64,000 nucleotides of DNA from Octopus bimaculoides (GCF_001194135.2 NC_068983.1:79769752-79833751), one strand, 5' to 3'. Numbered from the stretch's first letter, positions 38,553 through 52,890 are shown. Notes: generated from the letters alone by a model not told the origin. Program-made: numbers and translations.

Positions 38553-41500
38553 AATAATAATGACAATAATAATAATAATAATAATATATATGCACATATA
38601 TGTGATTTAAGTTTTTCTCCTTTATTAGTGACCAGCTTGAATTGTACAAAGTGATAAGGCCTTTTGCTTATGTCAAGACACATTCTGGAGGTTTGTAAAC
38701 ATGTGTTTAGTGGGTTCATATATATATATATATATATAGGTGCATATAAATGTAGTGAGTGTGCATGCCACTTTAATACACATGTACATTTGCGTTTTTG
38801 TCCTTTGTGTTTGTTTATTCTGTATACACAAGTGTGCAAATGTTGTCAGGGGATCTCAACTGTAGAATCCCTGGAATGTTTTGCAACTTTTATTGAACCA
38901 CTACTCAACTGTATTTGGAGTGTACAGATTAGTTTGCTTTGGTCTTTCTTAGAAGACCCCAGCATTTCTAGGCATTTATGCAAATCTCTTGTTACATAGA
39001 CCAATGTATCTATTGTACCAGGTACAAATGAAAATCTTCAATTTGGATATAAAAGCTGAAGTTTCTCATATGATGGTCTCTTTCTTGAAGGTTTGTTCAG
39101 TCAGACAACTCTGGGATTAAATAACAACTTACTAGTTCTTATTAGCTTACTCATTCATTAAGAACTTTGGTTCCTCTTACCGACCCTGACCTGTGTCCAA
39201 GCGTGATAATTTTTTCTCAAGATCTGGCATGTTTTCACAGAAGACTGATAACAAAGGACACCACTTTTATGACAGTAGCACTCATTTACAACTATCATAG
39301 AAAAAGAGATGTGCATACATGCAATGGGCTTCTTTCAGTTTCCATGTACCAAATTCATTCACAAGGCATAGATTGTCTCAGGGCTATAATAGAAGACATT
39401 TGCCCAAGAAATTATGCAGCAGAACAAAACCCAAACCATGTGGTTGGAAAGTGAACTTTTTAAACACAAAGCCATATTTATACCCACCTAAAAAAGCTGG
39501 AACACATACTGCAAACACATTTACCAATCCACAGTTCTGGGTAGACTAAATAATGAAAATATTTAAATGAAATAAAACGTAATGTATTTCTTTGAACAGT
39601 GTAGTGGAAAGCTTCCAGGAAGTCATGTTAGCAATGCAGTTTGACATAACATGCTCCCCACAACTGCATTTTTAGTTTGGTTGATTGACACCTCTCATTT
39701 GGAATGTCTTCATATTTCTTAGAATGTGGCATGGTGAAGCCAAAAAAAAATAATAACCAATCTTCTGCAACAGGACAGTGTTTCATTTCTTTCAAATGTG
39801 TGTATGCATGAAGAAAATGCTTGTTTATGCATGTGTGCGCAACGGCAAAGCTAATTTTCCATCAATGTGACAGTCTCTCATTTTTTTTGTGTAAATGCCT
39901 GTGATTCTGTATGTTTCTGTATATGTGTGCATGTGTATGCATGTACACTTTCAGGAACAAGATGAAGTCAGTGAACACATGATGAAATCATTTCAGAAAT
40001 ATTTTCTGTAGCAAAATTAGTTCCTTTTAGGTTTCTTGCCAAAAACATATTTTATTTTGCCCACTTTTGACATCAATATTTCATATAATTTCATCTGTAA
40101 GCTATTTAGAAACTGGCCAGAAAATACCAACTACTCAACTGTTTTTGGCTATAAGAAGCAAAATTAACCAATATGGACCGGATAAAACTATTCAGATATT
40201 CGAAATAGTAAAGTATATTAAGCATTTATTGATATGCTATGAGAATTATTGACTTGTCTCATTGGCTGAAAGTAAGTGATGGATGATAAAGTAGAGTATG
40301 GATGAGGTTCTTTACTTATATATCTATTCCAACAAAAAGAGATTTGAAATAAATCAATCTAACTTAAGTACTCCTGCTGTATAATAATGATGTTTTATAA
40401 ATCTAGCATCAAGACTATATCACCTCATTTGAGACTTGCTATTCTGTTTTTTTTTAAATATTTGTTGCTTTACTGTTTTGCATTTCTTCTCTTTATGTCT
40501 GTTTCCTTCACATTCTTTTCCTTCCTCTCTCTCTCTTTTCATTTGTCCATTTCTCTAACCTCCATCTCCCACCTCTTCCCGTCTCTTCCTCTTCCACTTT
40601 TCTAGAGTAAAATGTCTCTCTCCTCAAACTGCAATGTCTTAGCCTCATCTAATTATATCTGTTTATTTATTCAGAATGAAAATAAACCTAACCATTATTG
40701 TAAAAGTTTGTTTCACACAAAGTTATTCTTTTGGACATTTTTCTCTAGCTGTAGCACATTAAAGCTTCATCTCTCCTATAAATAATGGAATATTTCAATA
40801 GAAAGACCGAATATATTTATTCTTTGTTAAATTATCTTATTTAGTGCAATTTTGTTTTTTACTAAAAGCAATTTATATTGAAATTCATGAATACAGAACA
40901 TAAAGTTGAAACACCTATTAATTGATAATTTCCCCCTTTTAAGTAGCAATCAGACTTGATGATATTTAGGATGATAGTTCAACAATGGAGCATTACACTT
41001 TGACTATATAGCTAAGATTTGGCAATTGTGGGTTCAAATCTCAAAAACATGATTATATTTGTCATTGATTTAGAGTTGTGATAATAAGTATTGATTTGAC
41101 TTTCTCAATGATGAAAATAAATTTTTTTTAAAGAACTCAAAACCAGTAACACAGCAAAAGTTCTCAGGGTGAAGTGGTAAAAATAATATTTGCACCCTCA
41201 CCTTAACTAATGGGTATGATAAGCAAGAGAGCATTTTGCTTCCCTTTATGCCTATGTATAGGAGATGCCTGGTCTCCTTCGTTCTGTACACTTCTACTCA
41301 AAATTGCATGTTTTCTATGTATTCTGATTTCTAAAATATAACTTTGTGGTACAAGGTCACAAATTGTTGATAGAAAGGTGAATGAATTGATTTAATTGAG
41401 AAAGGTATTTGTCGGGTACTCTTTGATTGCTGCAAAAAGGATGAAACACAAAGTCAATAATGATTTGATTTAAACTAAAAACGTGAAGGGATAAATGAAA

Positions 41501-41867
41501 TACTACAATTGCTTACCAAGTTAGTTATTCTAACATCTATGCTTCTTTCAGTAATATAATGAAATTACAATTAACTTTCTATTTGTTAACTATTTTGTCT
41601 AATATTACAACCGTATCACTATTTTCATAGAAATCTGACGCTGAACAACTTCCATTGAGGTGATATAGATATCATGTTATAAAGTCCTTGTGTATGTATA
41701 TATGTGTGATTCTCATTCTACATCTTGTAAAGTGAAATTACAATATAGTGAATACAATTTGATGGTGTCTTACTACATCCCATTTGTAGCAAGTTCTTAC
41801 AATTCTTTCCTTGAACTCCCTTTCAAGTAAGAATTAATATATTTTGGTTTAATATATTTTTATTTAA

Positions 41868-42110
41868 AGATGTGGCTTAGTGGTTGGGATGTTGAAAGCA
41901 CAGGGATTAATTCTTAGATCAACCAGCAAGGATCAATCAATAATTAGATGTGGCTTAGTGGTTGAGATGTTGAAAGGTCATGGGATCAATTCTTAGATCA
42001 GGTAGCATGTTGTGTTCGTTAGCAAGACACTTCATTTAACATTGCACCTGCTGGAAATAAGTACCAGTGACACCTTGGATGTTAACCCTGCAATTGACTG
42101 GTATCTCATT
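41868..42110 (+). mobile_element. tRNA-derived SINE with duplicated head (78-bp period)
   Basis: AGATGTGGCTTAGTGGTTG.GATGTTGAAAG occurs at 41868 and 41946, followed by the body GTGTTCGTTAGCAAGACACTT. Confidence 0.65.
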
Positions 42111-43981
42111 TTTAAAAAATCTTTACTCTCATTTTAGATACCTTGAAGATCTGGTTAAGCAAAATCCTTGTGGGCCTGGAGGCTGATGACAGATATTTTC
42201 AGTTTAACAATGTTCCATGTCTTCATCAAAATGGTTGAGTGTATTTTTACAAACAAAGCTTATTTGGATATGTAAACCATTTGGAAATGAGAGCACTCAC
42301 ATTTCAAAGATAGAGTGTCATCAATGAGAAAGAAATTTTTTAAATGGTTATGGGTGCATAAAGAATTTCCTCTGTCTGATGAAGAGCTTTTCTGAAAACA
42401 TCAATTCTCTCAGTTCATATCATACAAACTTATCTAAATACTCAATTTGCTGATGCAAGTCATCATCAGTCTTGTTGAACTCTGATTTCTATTAACTCAT
42501 TTCATTAATCTGTGTCTTAAAGTTTCAGATCACTAAACATTGATGTATTCTAGAGCAAAATTTTTAATCTCCAATCATTTTAAAGAGCAAGCCATCATCT
42601 GCAAATATAGCTTGGTAAAATTTACCGTGCTTTTGCTAATTGTTGTGTTGCTTATTTAATTATGTAAATACACTGTCTATTTTCCTACCCATTGATCTAG
42701 GATGTGAGCTGGTACTAATTTTCAGCTGGGTAAGTTGGAGCAATGTGAAATGAAGTGCCTTAGTCAAGGACACAAAATACCACCTGATCCAGGAATTGAA
42801 CTCAGGACATTATGACTGAGTTAAACATCCTAACCACTAGGTATTCAAAACACTCTTCTTGAAACCAGAATCTTTAAGAAGTGAATATATTTATCTCTAC
42901 TCAATATCGTTATTTGACATCCATCCCATGGCAATTGTAAAAAAATTTTGCTTGTGTTTTATTCTTCAAGCTAATTATTAACCAAGATTACCATCTTTCT
43001 CATGTCCCTTTTATATTTTCTTTTCTAAGAGAACCCTTTTGAAAAATAATTGCAAAATATATCCAAATTGCAAATATCATCACATTATTTTCCCATTATA
43101 TTTATAATTTATAAATAATTCTTCAGGGCAACTTTGAAAATGAAAATTATTCCTCCTTCTAAATTTAAATTTGAAATTTAAAAGTTGTAAATTTTGATTT
43201 TACGATGAGTGTTAATTATTTTTTTCTATTCTTCATAAAAATCTTTAGTTGTTTGATACTATGTGTATGTGTGTGCGTTTTCTTCAAACCTTTAAAGGAT
43301 CTTCATGAGTAAATGTTCTTACTTCATTAAATATTTCCATCAATTTTCTTCGTCTTCTTTATTCACTCCCAAATATTTGATTTACTTAAAAATTCTTCTG
43401 TAATTCAAAAAATACTGCCTTGGGTTTCAAAGCCATCAATTTCATCTCTTTCTTGATCCTTACATATATTTCAAATTATCAACAGAAAGTTATTTAATTT
43501 GACATCATGTTGAAAAATTGGGAATATTATATCTAAAATTGGGGTTGTGATGTGTGAAAATGTGTTTGTTTATGTGGATGTATCATTGCATGTGTGTACA
43601 TCCATTTGTATATGTTTGGTGTTTGAACATATGTATATTTCTGTATGCATGTATAGCTGGATCTAGACATACTTATCACTGTCTTTCCTTTTCCCCTTTC
43701 TCTGAATCTTACCCTTCTTATCACTTTTTCCTTACCTCTTAATCAAACCATTTTCTCTGTTGCTCTTGTTATTTCTATTCTTTCACTTGTATCTCACTTT
43801 CTCATTAATTTCTAATTACACACATGCTACCTTTCAATATTCACTTGTACCTCAAGGTTGAAATAGCTTGTTAAAACAGAAATGGTGAATTCATTCCAAT
43901 CTTGCACTTGAAATATTTGTTCTTACTAATTTGTCATATATATATATATATATAATATAAATATATATATATATATATATA

Positions 43982-44013
<32 letters not shown>

Positions 44014-44096
44014 ATATAATATAATATAATATAATTAGAAGAAGAAAATAAAAAAAACATATTTGATTAATAAGATCGTTTATTTATACACATGCA

Positions 44097-44375
44097 CACT
44101 ACTGTGCAAAAGTCTCAGGGACATATAAATTTTTAGAAATACTCCTTCAGAATATGTAAAAGATAATGAAAGAATGTTTTATTTAAGCATTTACATGAAG
44201 TCATTTTTGGTGCACATTTGACGAGTAACTGATTATACATTATATTTATAAGTGCCTTTGGCTGATAAAACAGTTTCACTTCTCTTTGGAATGCTAAGTT
44301 GTAATTAGGCAATATGATTTAGAGTAATATTATTTCAGGGCTTTTTGGAGTATTTTGCTACAGTTCTTTCGATAT
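44097..44375 (-). mobile_element. Tc1-like transposon end: TIR plus transposase C-terminus
   Basis: TIR-like CACTACTGTGCAAAAGTCTCAGGGAC. The minus strand reads ...NNITLNHIA*LQLSIPKRSETVLSAKGTYKY, resembling the Tc1 end (W..I......L..S.PKR..AV..AKG..TKY). Confidence 0.6.
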
Positions 44376-44471
44376 TAACTGCTTTTTTTTAGTTTTGTTT
44401 GGTCTAAACAGTCCCACAAAGTGTCAGTAATACTCAGTTTTTGTCTTGGGAAGGGGTGCACAAACGCATAT

Positions 44472-44502
<31 letters not shown>

Positions 44503-44662
44503 GATACCATATTACATCTGCTATCCACACTGACATGGGTTGGGTGGTTTGCAGAATCCAAAGGGTCAACAGATTATATCTTGTTCCAGTTACTTCATTT
44601 TGTCATAGTTTATATGGTTGGGTGGCCTTTTTCATGCCAACCACTTTACAGAGTTTATTGAC

Positions 44663-44698
<36 letters not shown>

Positions 44699-44704
44699 AC
44701 ACTA

Positions 44705-45195
44705 AACTCAGCTTGTGAAGACCTGTTTGGGCAAGTGAGATCAAAACTGAACCAAATTCGATGACTGCCACTCGTGCCAATGGAGTGCTAACAGCACCAT
44801 CTGAGTAGGATAACTGCCAGAGCAGGGGTCTCGCTTCCGTGCTGGTGGCACGTAAAAAGCACCATCTGAGCGCAGTTGTTTCCGGCTTCACCTTACAGGC
44901 ACTTGTGCCGGTGGCATGTGAACAAAACATTGGACTGATTCCTGTGCTAGTGGCACGTAAAAAATACCATTTGAGCATGGCCGTTGCCAGTACCACCAGA
45001 CTGGCCCTCGTGCTGGTGGCATGTAGAAAGCTCCCACTACACTTTCAGAGTGGTTGGCGTTAGGAAGGGCATCCAGCTGCGGAAACTCTGCCAGATCAGA
45101 TTGGAGTCTGGTGTAGCCATGTGGTTCATCACTCCCCAGTCAAATCATCCAACCGATGCTAGCATGGAAAGTGGACGTTAATTGATGATGATGAT
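44705..45195 (+). mobile_element. Non-autonomous RTE-related element
   Basis: Collinear with 35432-35922 and ends in (GAT)n. Confidence 0.8.
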
Positions 45196-45197
45196 AC

Positions 45198-45276
<79 letters not shown>

Positions 45277-46989
45277 ACACACACACATATATATACACCC
45301 ATGATAATGAAGCATACACATACTCCACAATGTACATGGTTATTAGTCTTAGCAAGACATTTTTCACCAAATTGCTCAACAAATATTCACATAATCTCTG
45401 AATTATTTGGTTCTATGACATAAGTCTGTAGGCTGAAAAAACAACTAATCTACATTTAAGGTAGGGCAGTACAAAGTAGTTTGTACAAGAATGTATCAAT
45501 CCAATGAGCTCTGACTGGCAAGTTAATATTAGTTATTTATTCGTAATTTTATTCATTAATGAAGGAATGAAGGGATGACTTGCTTAGAGTTGATACTATT
45601 AGTTATTTCTAGTTATGAGTCATCCCTGACCATACTGTAAATGTCTGAAAAAGAAATCTTGTTGTGTCCATTCTGTCTTTGATGTATATCAGAAGTAATG
45701 TTATCCAAGGTATCCTATTTTACTTAAGACAGTAGTGGGAGAATAGAGTTAGTCATGCTGTTATTTCTAACAGTTAAAGCGACCATGAAGAAGTTCGCTT
45801 GTTGGCTCACTTGGATTATAGTTGTTGTTGATTGTTTAACCCCAGGTCAGTCTGGATTGATCTCATCTTTCAGTATGGCTTTATAATTTTTATCCCATTA
45901 TTTTCTGTATAGAGGACTACATTGTCCAGTTTACCCTCCCCTGCCCTTCTTTTTGTTTTCACCACATTGTGATGTGATTGATTTAGTGGCTGTTTTTCTC
46001 AGATTATGTGACTGCACATAATCTCTCTCATTGCTTTATAACTTACACATTGCTTAATTCTTAAATTCATGTCCTTTCTCTATATAAATCTCACAATCCT
46101 GTTAGAAGTTAGAGATTTTCATGTGAATGCAGTTAGTCATGTATAAAAAATCATAAAAATGTAACTATCATAAAAATCATAAAAATGTAACTATCAAATG
46201 AATTTTGACAAAACTTGAAGATGAGGTAATGATTATTGATACACGTTGTGAATGTGAATTTTACATGTTCTTCATTTTTACTTGTGATGCCACTGTCACC
46301 TGCCCAGGTATAGGTTGAATATAGGTAATTTGATTACAGGTAGATGTTTATGCATATATTTTATAAGATATTAATTCCTGGACATCAGTTTCTCATCTCA
46401 GAGCTAAACTTTTGCTTCAATAGACTCTATAATTTAGAAGCTGCACTGATTCCCATTAGAAAAAGCATTCCAAGATATACTTCCATTTCCTTCCTTGATG
46501 TATTGAAGGTGATGATCATTCCATTCCTGTTCAGAATTGATAAGTCTTGACATCATTTTATATCATTTGTGTGTACAGATGACACTGAAATATCACTGAT
46601 TATTTTCTCCAAGTCCTAGATCTCTTTCTCTGATTAAATGATAATAAATAAATCCTTAATAAATAATATCACTGAATTCTAACTCACCGTGATGCTCAAA
46701 AATCAAAGCAAGAAAAATAAATCCAAAGAAATTCCCTAAATAAACAACAAATATAAATGTGCATCATGCAAACAAGAAGGTTTTGATAGCAAGTTCTTTC
46801 TAAAGTGAGGCTAAATTTTGTTTCTCTCAGAAGAGTGCTTAATTCCTGTTTTTCTCCCCCAGTTCCTAAAAAAAAGGCTTTTTGAATTGCAGTTAAGTGT
46901 GGTTTAGCTGGTGATAGTTGGGATTATTTGCAGTACAGTACTTTAAGAGTGGCTGTAAACAATGCTATGTTATCATAAATTATTTAGGT

Positions 46990-47204
46990 TTACCAAATGT
47001 TGCAGGAAAGAACAGCAAGAATGATACTCCAAACCAACTAGCAGGAGACCTAGGGGTAGACCAAGAACAGGATGGTTGGATACTATTCAGTTTCAATTAG
47101 TAATGCTTGAGAATCCAGCCAGAATGTCTAATGATGTTGCTTCTGATAGAATGCCTTGGAAGATATGCCTAAGGATTCTACCCCCACAACCCTCCCAGAA
47201 ATAG
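46990..47204 (+). mobile_element. RTE-clade (Expander/Rex3-like) LINE C-terminus
   Basis: MLQERTARMILQT / PTSRRPRGRPRTGWLDTI...DRMPWKICLRILPPQPSQK* matches the GRRPRGRPRTRW...LL.LLPP.P ending. Confidence 0.7.
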
Positions 47205-48261
47205 TGGGCAGAGGTTTACAGTGATTTTCAAAATTTCAAGCAAACATTGATTTATGTCTCAACTATTTCAATATTTCTATATTAAGTTCTGTTTGACTAT
47301 CATCAATCAGGAAAAATATCGAAGTAGAAACATTGATAGATAGGTTATATTTCTTGTTGTTGTAGTGGTTGTTGTTATTTACTTGGGCAGCTTTGATCAA
47401 ATAAACCTATTACCAAGAGCATTCCAGCCATGGCCATTTCATTGATATTTTTTGCTTTAATATGTATATATTTATATTTAAATTTACAACAGTTTAGAAC
47501 TAGAAAATCTTTGAAAGAAAAGCCGTTTAATTTTGAAGTTAGTTTTAATCTATTTGACTCTAGTCAATATTGACCAGATCAAAGTCCTTAACTTCTTGTT
47601 ATTATTTTCAAATTCAACAATTAGAGTCAGCTTCAAGCTAATATTCTCAATTTCAAACGAACATTTAAACCATATTGGAAGAAATTTGAGCTACTTGCTA
47701 GTAAATAATTCAGTTTTCTTATGGCTGTGCAAACCTAATATTGAAGATGATGGGCAAATAAGGGAACAATATGTGGTTGTTCAATCTGCTAGAAATAGTA
47801 GCTAAAACTCTCAAATCATACCCTACACTTGTATGAAACTACATATTGACATAAATCATGTTTGTAAAGATAGGATGGTCACAACTGATTTTATGTATTG
47901 ACCTGGGGCTAAACAACACTAACTGAAGATGATATACCATAAATGAAAAATAAATCCTCAAGAAAGATTGGTCAAAGCCAGAGGCAGCTGAGAAGAGATG
48001 TTGAAGAAGCAACTTAGAAGATGCTGTAAGCCTAAATATGACATTCCAGCATGGGAAAATAGATGTAGATATAACATAGTTGTCATTGATGATGATGATG
48101 ATGATGGTAGTGGTAGTGGTGGTGGTGGTGACGTTGATCTTTCTTCTTTATTTTCTGCTTTAAATGTTGAACACCACTTGATCTTTCTTACTGTCTTCTA
48201 TGTAAGAAACTCTTCTGTAGAAATATGAGAAACCACTATTTGGTAAACCTGACTCTCTCTC

Positions 48262-48305
<44 letters not shown>

Positions 48306-51300
48306 AGAAAGAGAGGTACACATCTATACCTTCCTGAAATGCTTATCTTCTGTTCTGTCCTGAAGATAAATGTGTGATATTGAAATACCAGTGTTTCTTG
48401 ATATAATTTTCAGTGCATGAAAAATGTGTCTAGTGTTTTTATTCACATTACCTTACAACCAACAACTTATCTGAAATGAAAGTATATAATTATTTTAAAT
48501 ACTATCCTATTCTATTGTGAATTCTTCAAAAGAATTACTGTAGCAGAGAGTGAAAGGGAGAAAACCAAAAAAAAAATAACAAATAACAAATAATAAAACA
48601 CAAAAAAAAACATAAAGAGAAACAAAAAAAAAAGAAGCAGTGTGTTCCATATCAGTGGAATTTATTTTACCCAGCTAGATTGTTATCTATAACTTCGCAT
48701 CCTTGTATTTCACTATTAAAACAATATGATCCTAGCTTTGTCTGGTTTCAAGTGCTAAACTCATTTAGTAAGTGGTTTTATTAATGTAAATTTGTCAATA
48801 TTAGTAATGTAACTGGTTGGCCCACAGAGATAATAATAGAAATGACTTCTCTCTGTTTTTTTTCTGTTTTTTTGTTTTGTTTTTGTTTTTGTATTACTAA
48901 TATAGCTAAATCTAAATTACTATTTTTATTGACCAGATATTCATAGTTGTTTCTAATCACTTAAAATCGAGTGCTTTTCTAGCACTATCTGTCTGGTTTC
49001 TTTCTACACAACTCAACAAAACCATAACTTTTCAACTGAATCAAAGAGTGTTTTTGTTAGGGATTTTTGTTTTGTTTTTGTTTTGTTTTCATTTAGTTTT
49101 TCCAACAGGGAAAAAAAATTCATTCTTTCATAAAAGCACGACATTAGGAAAGAAAAAAAAAGTGAAAAGAAATAAAGTCACCAAAATGCATTACAATAAA
49201 TGTGTAGTGTTTTTCTAACAGAAATTTTCACTATAAAGGCATTCATTTGAAATTTTGCTTTTCATGTTACTGTTGTTATTGTTGTTGTTTATCCTGAGGT
49301 TTGCTCTGATCAAGCACACCTATGACCATTAGCAGTGAAGACCTGATCATCTCATCTTTGTTTAAGGCGTCATATATATATATATCCTGGACTGCATTGT
49401 CCTGGATATGATTGTTTCTTCTTAAGAAAGCAAGGTATGATTTAAGGAAGAATTGGCTGTTAGTTTTTGCAAGCTAGGAAACCACAGAGGTGCTCTCTCT
49501 GTTCATTGTTACTCTAGATTTAGACCATATTCGTCGTCCAACTTTCTGAATCTAACTCATTTTTGACAATTTTCATTCTGCTCTTTCTGGGTTTATTATA
49601 CCAGCTGTACTATGTCTGCCACACTAAATTCTCTGACAAGCAGTGATTTAGTATCCTTCTATTATTCTTTTAATTTCTTATCAACTGGCTCAAAGCCAAC
49701 TCCCTCAGTACTACTGCCTCTAGTTAAGGAGATTTTTATCTTATCTTGGTAACCCCACCAGTGCTGTTGCCACAAAAATAGCACCCAATACACTTTGTAA
49801 AGTGGTTGGCACTAGGAAGGGCATCCAGCTATAGAAACCTTACCAAAACAGACAATAGAGTTTAGTACAACCCTCTGGCTTGCCAGCTTTTGTCAAACTG
49901 TCTAACCCATGCCAACATGGAAAATGGACATTAAGTGATGATAAGGAGGAGGCAGTGGAGGTGCTACATAGAGATCTGAGATGCTGTTTTCTTTATCCAG
50001 TTTGCTTATGTATATCTGTTATTTTAACCTTTGTTTTGCCCTCATAAAGCAGAAGGCATGAAAAAAAGATCTTCTCCCCATTGGCATTACCTTTGTGATG
50101 CAATCTTATCTTTTCAAAGAAACATTGTATGTAGGATTATATTATTCAGTGTCCTTCCTTTTTTAAAACAGTGGGATGTAACATAAAAATCTGGCTGTTC
50201 TTATTTTAGTAAGACAAACAACCACAAGTCCATCTTGGCAGGGATGGTTAATGTAGACTCAGCTGGTGATTATTGTTTTTTTTCTTTTGCATTCTTCATA
50301 GCGCAGCTCATTTGTTAGGTTTACATCTGTTTTTGCTTGTTAGCATGGGTTAGACAAATACTTATTGTTGAGGCATTGTATTACAGCTAGATGCCATTTT
50401 TGTTGCTGGCCCTTGTTTCTCAAGTAAAAATTTTTATTCCACTCATCCTCAAAAGTGCATAGCTTACTGGACAATTTGTTGACAGGGAAATGTTAACAAA
50501 CATCACCTATCTGTAACTCAGTGACTTTTTTCCATGCAAGTGCAGAATCTGAACATTCAAACAGATGCACACCATACATGCATTCACACGCACACATTAT
50601 ATGTATATATATATATATATATAGATATATAGATAGATAGATATATTTATATATATACTTAGTTAAACTTAGATATGTTTCGACCAAAGATTGGTCCAGG
50701 CCATGTCTAACTTAATAGCACGACCTGATATATATGAGGGACTCTCCAATTACTTTTGATGTATGAGGATCCGACAACCTACACTTTCTTTGTCAGTCAA
50801 AATGCTTATGTTGATTTGCAAAGAAGCCCATAAATGTTGCAAGTATGAGGATTACAGGTCAGTGTAGGTTGTATATTTGTATCCACTTTTCTCCTCTGCC
50901 TCACACCCTTAGCCTTCTCATGCTGGCTGAAACAAAGTCTCTTATACCATTTATATATATATATATATCTGTCAAGTTAGGAATCTCATCACAGGCTGAT
51001 GAGACCAGCTACTGGTACCATGTAAACCAGTACTACTGACAACTTAACCAGCTCCCCTATCTGAGTAGCTTTCCACTCTTGTGAAGAGGAAATCTGGACA
51101 CCCAGCAAAACTAAAAACAAGGTCTGTCAAAGGCCCTGTGGGCCGACAATGATCTAGTTGGGGAAAGCAATGGCAAAACACCCAAATATCTCTGCAAAGA
51201 AAATACTATGAGAAAGTCAGAATGAAGTAATGCTGTGACTTCATCTGATGGGAGAATTGACTTAATTGGAAACTTTCATTGTAATGTCATCAATGAGCTG

Positions 51301-51340
51301 CAAAAGCCTACAATACATGATTATATATATATATATATAT

Positions 51341-51510
51341 NNNNNNNNNNNNNNNNNNNNNNNNNNNNNNNNNNNNNNNNNNNNNNNNNNNNNNNNNNNN
51401 NNNNNNNNNNNNNNNNNNNNNNNNNNNNNNNNNNNNNNNNNNNNNNNNNNNNNNNNNNNNNNNNNNNNNNNNNNNNNNNNNNNNNNNNNNNNNNNNNNNN
51501 NNNNNNNNNN
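51341..51510. other. Assembly gap in (TA)n
   Basis: Run of N. Further gaps lie at 27085-27094 and 52922-53032. Confidence 1.
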
Positions 51511-51514
51511 ATAC

Positions 51515-51717
51515 AAACAATATATGAGTATATGCATATATATGTACATGTATGTACATACTTTCATCTAAATGTACATATAGATACATATCTGGGTACA
51601 TGACGTTGCAAAAAAACATAGACAAAATGATAAACAAGGTACAATAAACACACAGGCCACATAGAGAACATATCCTTCATCAGCTGCCACCATTAAAACA
51701 CTGGCGTTTCGAAGAGT

Positions 51718-51755
<38 letters not shown>

Positions 51756-51960
51756 TATTTATATAGTTGGAATGTACAAAAAACAAAAGTCGAAGACAGG
51801 TGTATAAACAACAAACAGGTGTATTAGTTTAACACTCAGGAAGGTGAGAAAGTCTTTTCTGTTTCGAGCCTATGCTCTTCAACAGAAAGGAATATGAGAA
51901 AATAAACTGAGAAAGAATAAAAAAACGCTTTAGTGGCTAGTGATCGATACATTCGAGTAA
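51515..51960 (-). mobile_element. Penelope-like pseudo-LTR remnants with hammerhead-like motifs
   Basis: 51515-51720 matches 9690-9990. The minus strand of 51854-51889 reads CTTT-CTGTTGA-A-GAGC-ATAG-GCTC-GAAAC-AGA-AAAG. Confidence 0.55.
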
Positions 51961-52026
51961 GCACATAAATGCAAAACAGAGTGGAAAAAATAGTACTTGT
52001 AAAGGTAGAGCAATATGGTTTTTTTT

Positions 52027-52199
52027 ATTAAAGCTGCAAAAACATCACAAAAAAATTGTAACCCAGAGTTTCATGTTCCTGTTCGTCAGACAGCTGTGAT
52101 CAAATTCCAGTCTTGATTTCAGTCTTGATCACAACCATCCAATGGACAAGAACATGAAACTCTGAATCACAGCTTTTGTAATGTTTTTGCAGCTTTAAT
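52027..52199. repeat. Inverted repeat (about 76-bp arms), each arm a decayed type I hammerhead ribozyme
   Basis: Arms 52027-52103 and 52125-52199. The left arm on the minus strand reads GCTGT-CTGACGA-ACA-GGAA-CAT-GAAA-CT-CTG-GGTT-ACAAT. The right arm on the plus strand ends GAAA-CT-CTG-AATC-ACAGC. Confidence 0.75.
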
Positions 52200-52838
52200 T
52201 TTAAAAAAATGCATAAAGATGCTGCACAGTAAGATTGAACTCAAAATAGATGCTTGCAAAGCAAATTTCTAAATCATGCAGTCATACCTGCATAAAACAG
52301 TATTTGAGTCTAATAAAGTTATTGATGTCACTGTTGTCATTGCAAGTGTTTTTATTTTTTCTTTATTTGAGTGAACTGAGTGAAAAGTATTGTTCTTTGA
52401 ATGTTGCTGTAGATTACCAGGTTGGTTGGATAAATATTCCTGAGTGTTGTGGGGTGATTGTATAGGTACATGAAATAACAGGAGTATCTTTGCTTCGTTA
52501 TGCAAGTGATCTGTAGATGTGATCTGTGGTCAGTTTGCAACCTGTGATGATGGAAGAAAACGGGGGGAAACAATATACCTAGAATAGACAAATATAAAAG
52601 CTATTTTTATACCGAAAGCTATTTGCTTCCATCCTTAAAGAGGTTGCTATACTATGACAAGTATGTACGTGTAGATACATGCATATAGACTCACATACAC
52701 ACACAAAGATGTATGATCTTATATATATATATATATATATATGCACACACACACACACATGCACATATATGCACATACATATTTATATATATATATATAA
52801 ATATGTATATAAATTTATATATATATATATGTATATAA

Positions 52839-52890
<52 letters not shown>

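Noticed and set aside
42138-42233. Possible 96-nt phase-symmetric exon (acceptor CTTTACTCTCATTTTAG, peptide TLKIWLSKILVGLEADDRYFQFNNVPCLHQN)
   Set aside because: The donor (GTTGAG) is weak, I do not recognise the peptide, and there are no partner exons. It would need RNA-seq support.
46500-46600. Ancient RT remnant (PFLF...TDDT)
   Set aside because: The similarity is too weak and lacks the diagnostic QG and YADD residues.
50993-51040. Hammerhead at CTGATGA-GACCAG-CTA-CTGGT (similar half-motifs at 3825 and 42377)
   Set aside because: No correctly placed GAAA plus cleavage site and stem I. The 3825 motif is PLE coding sequence.
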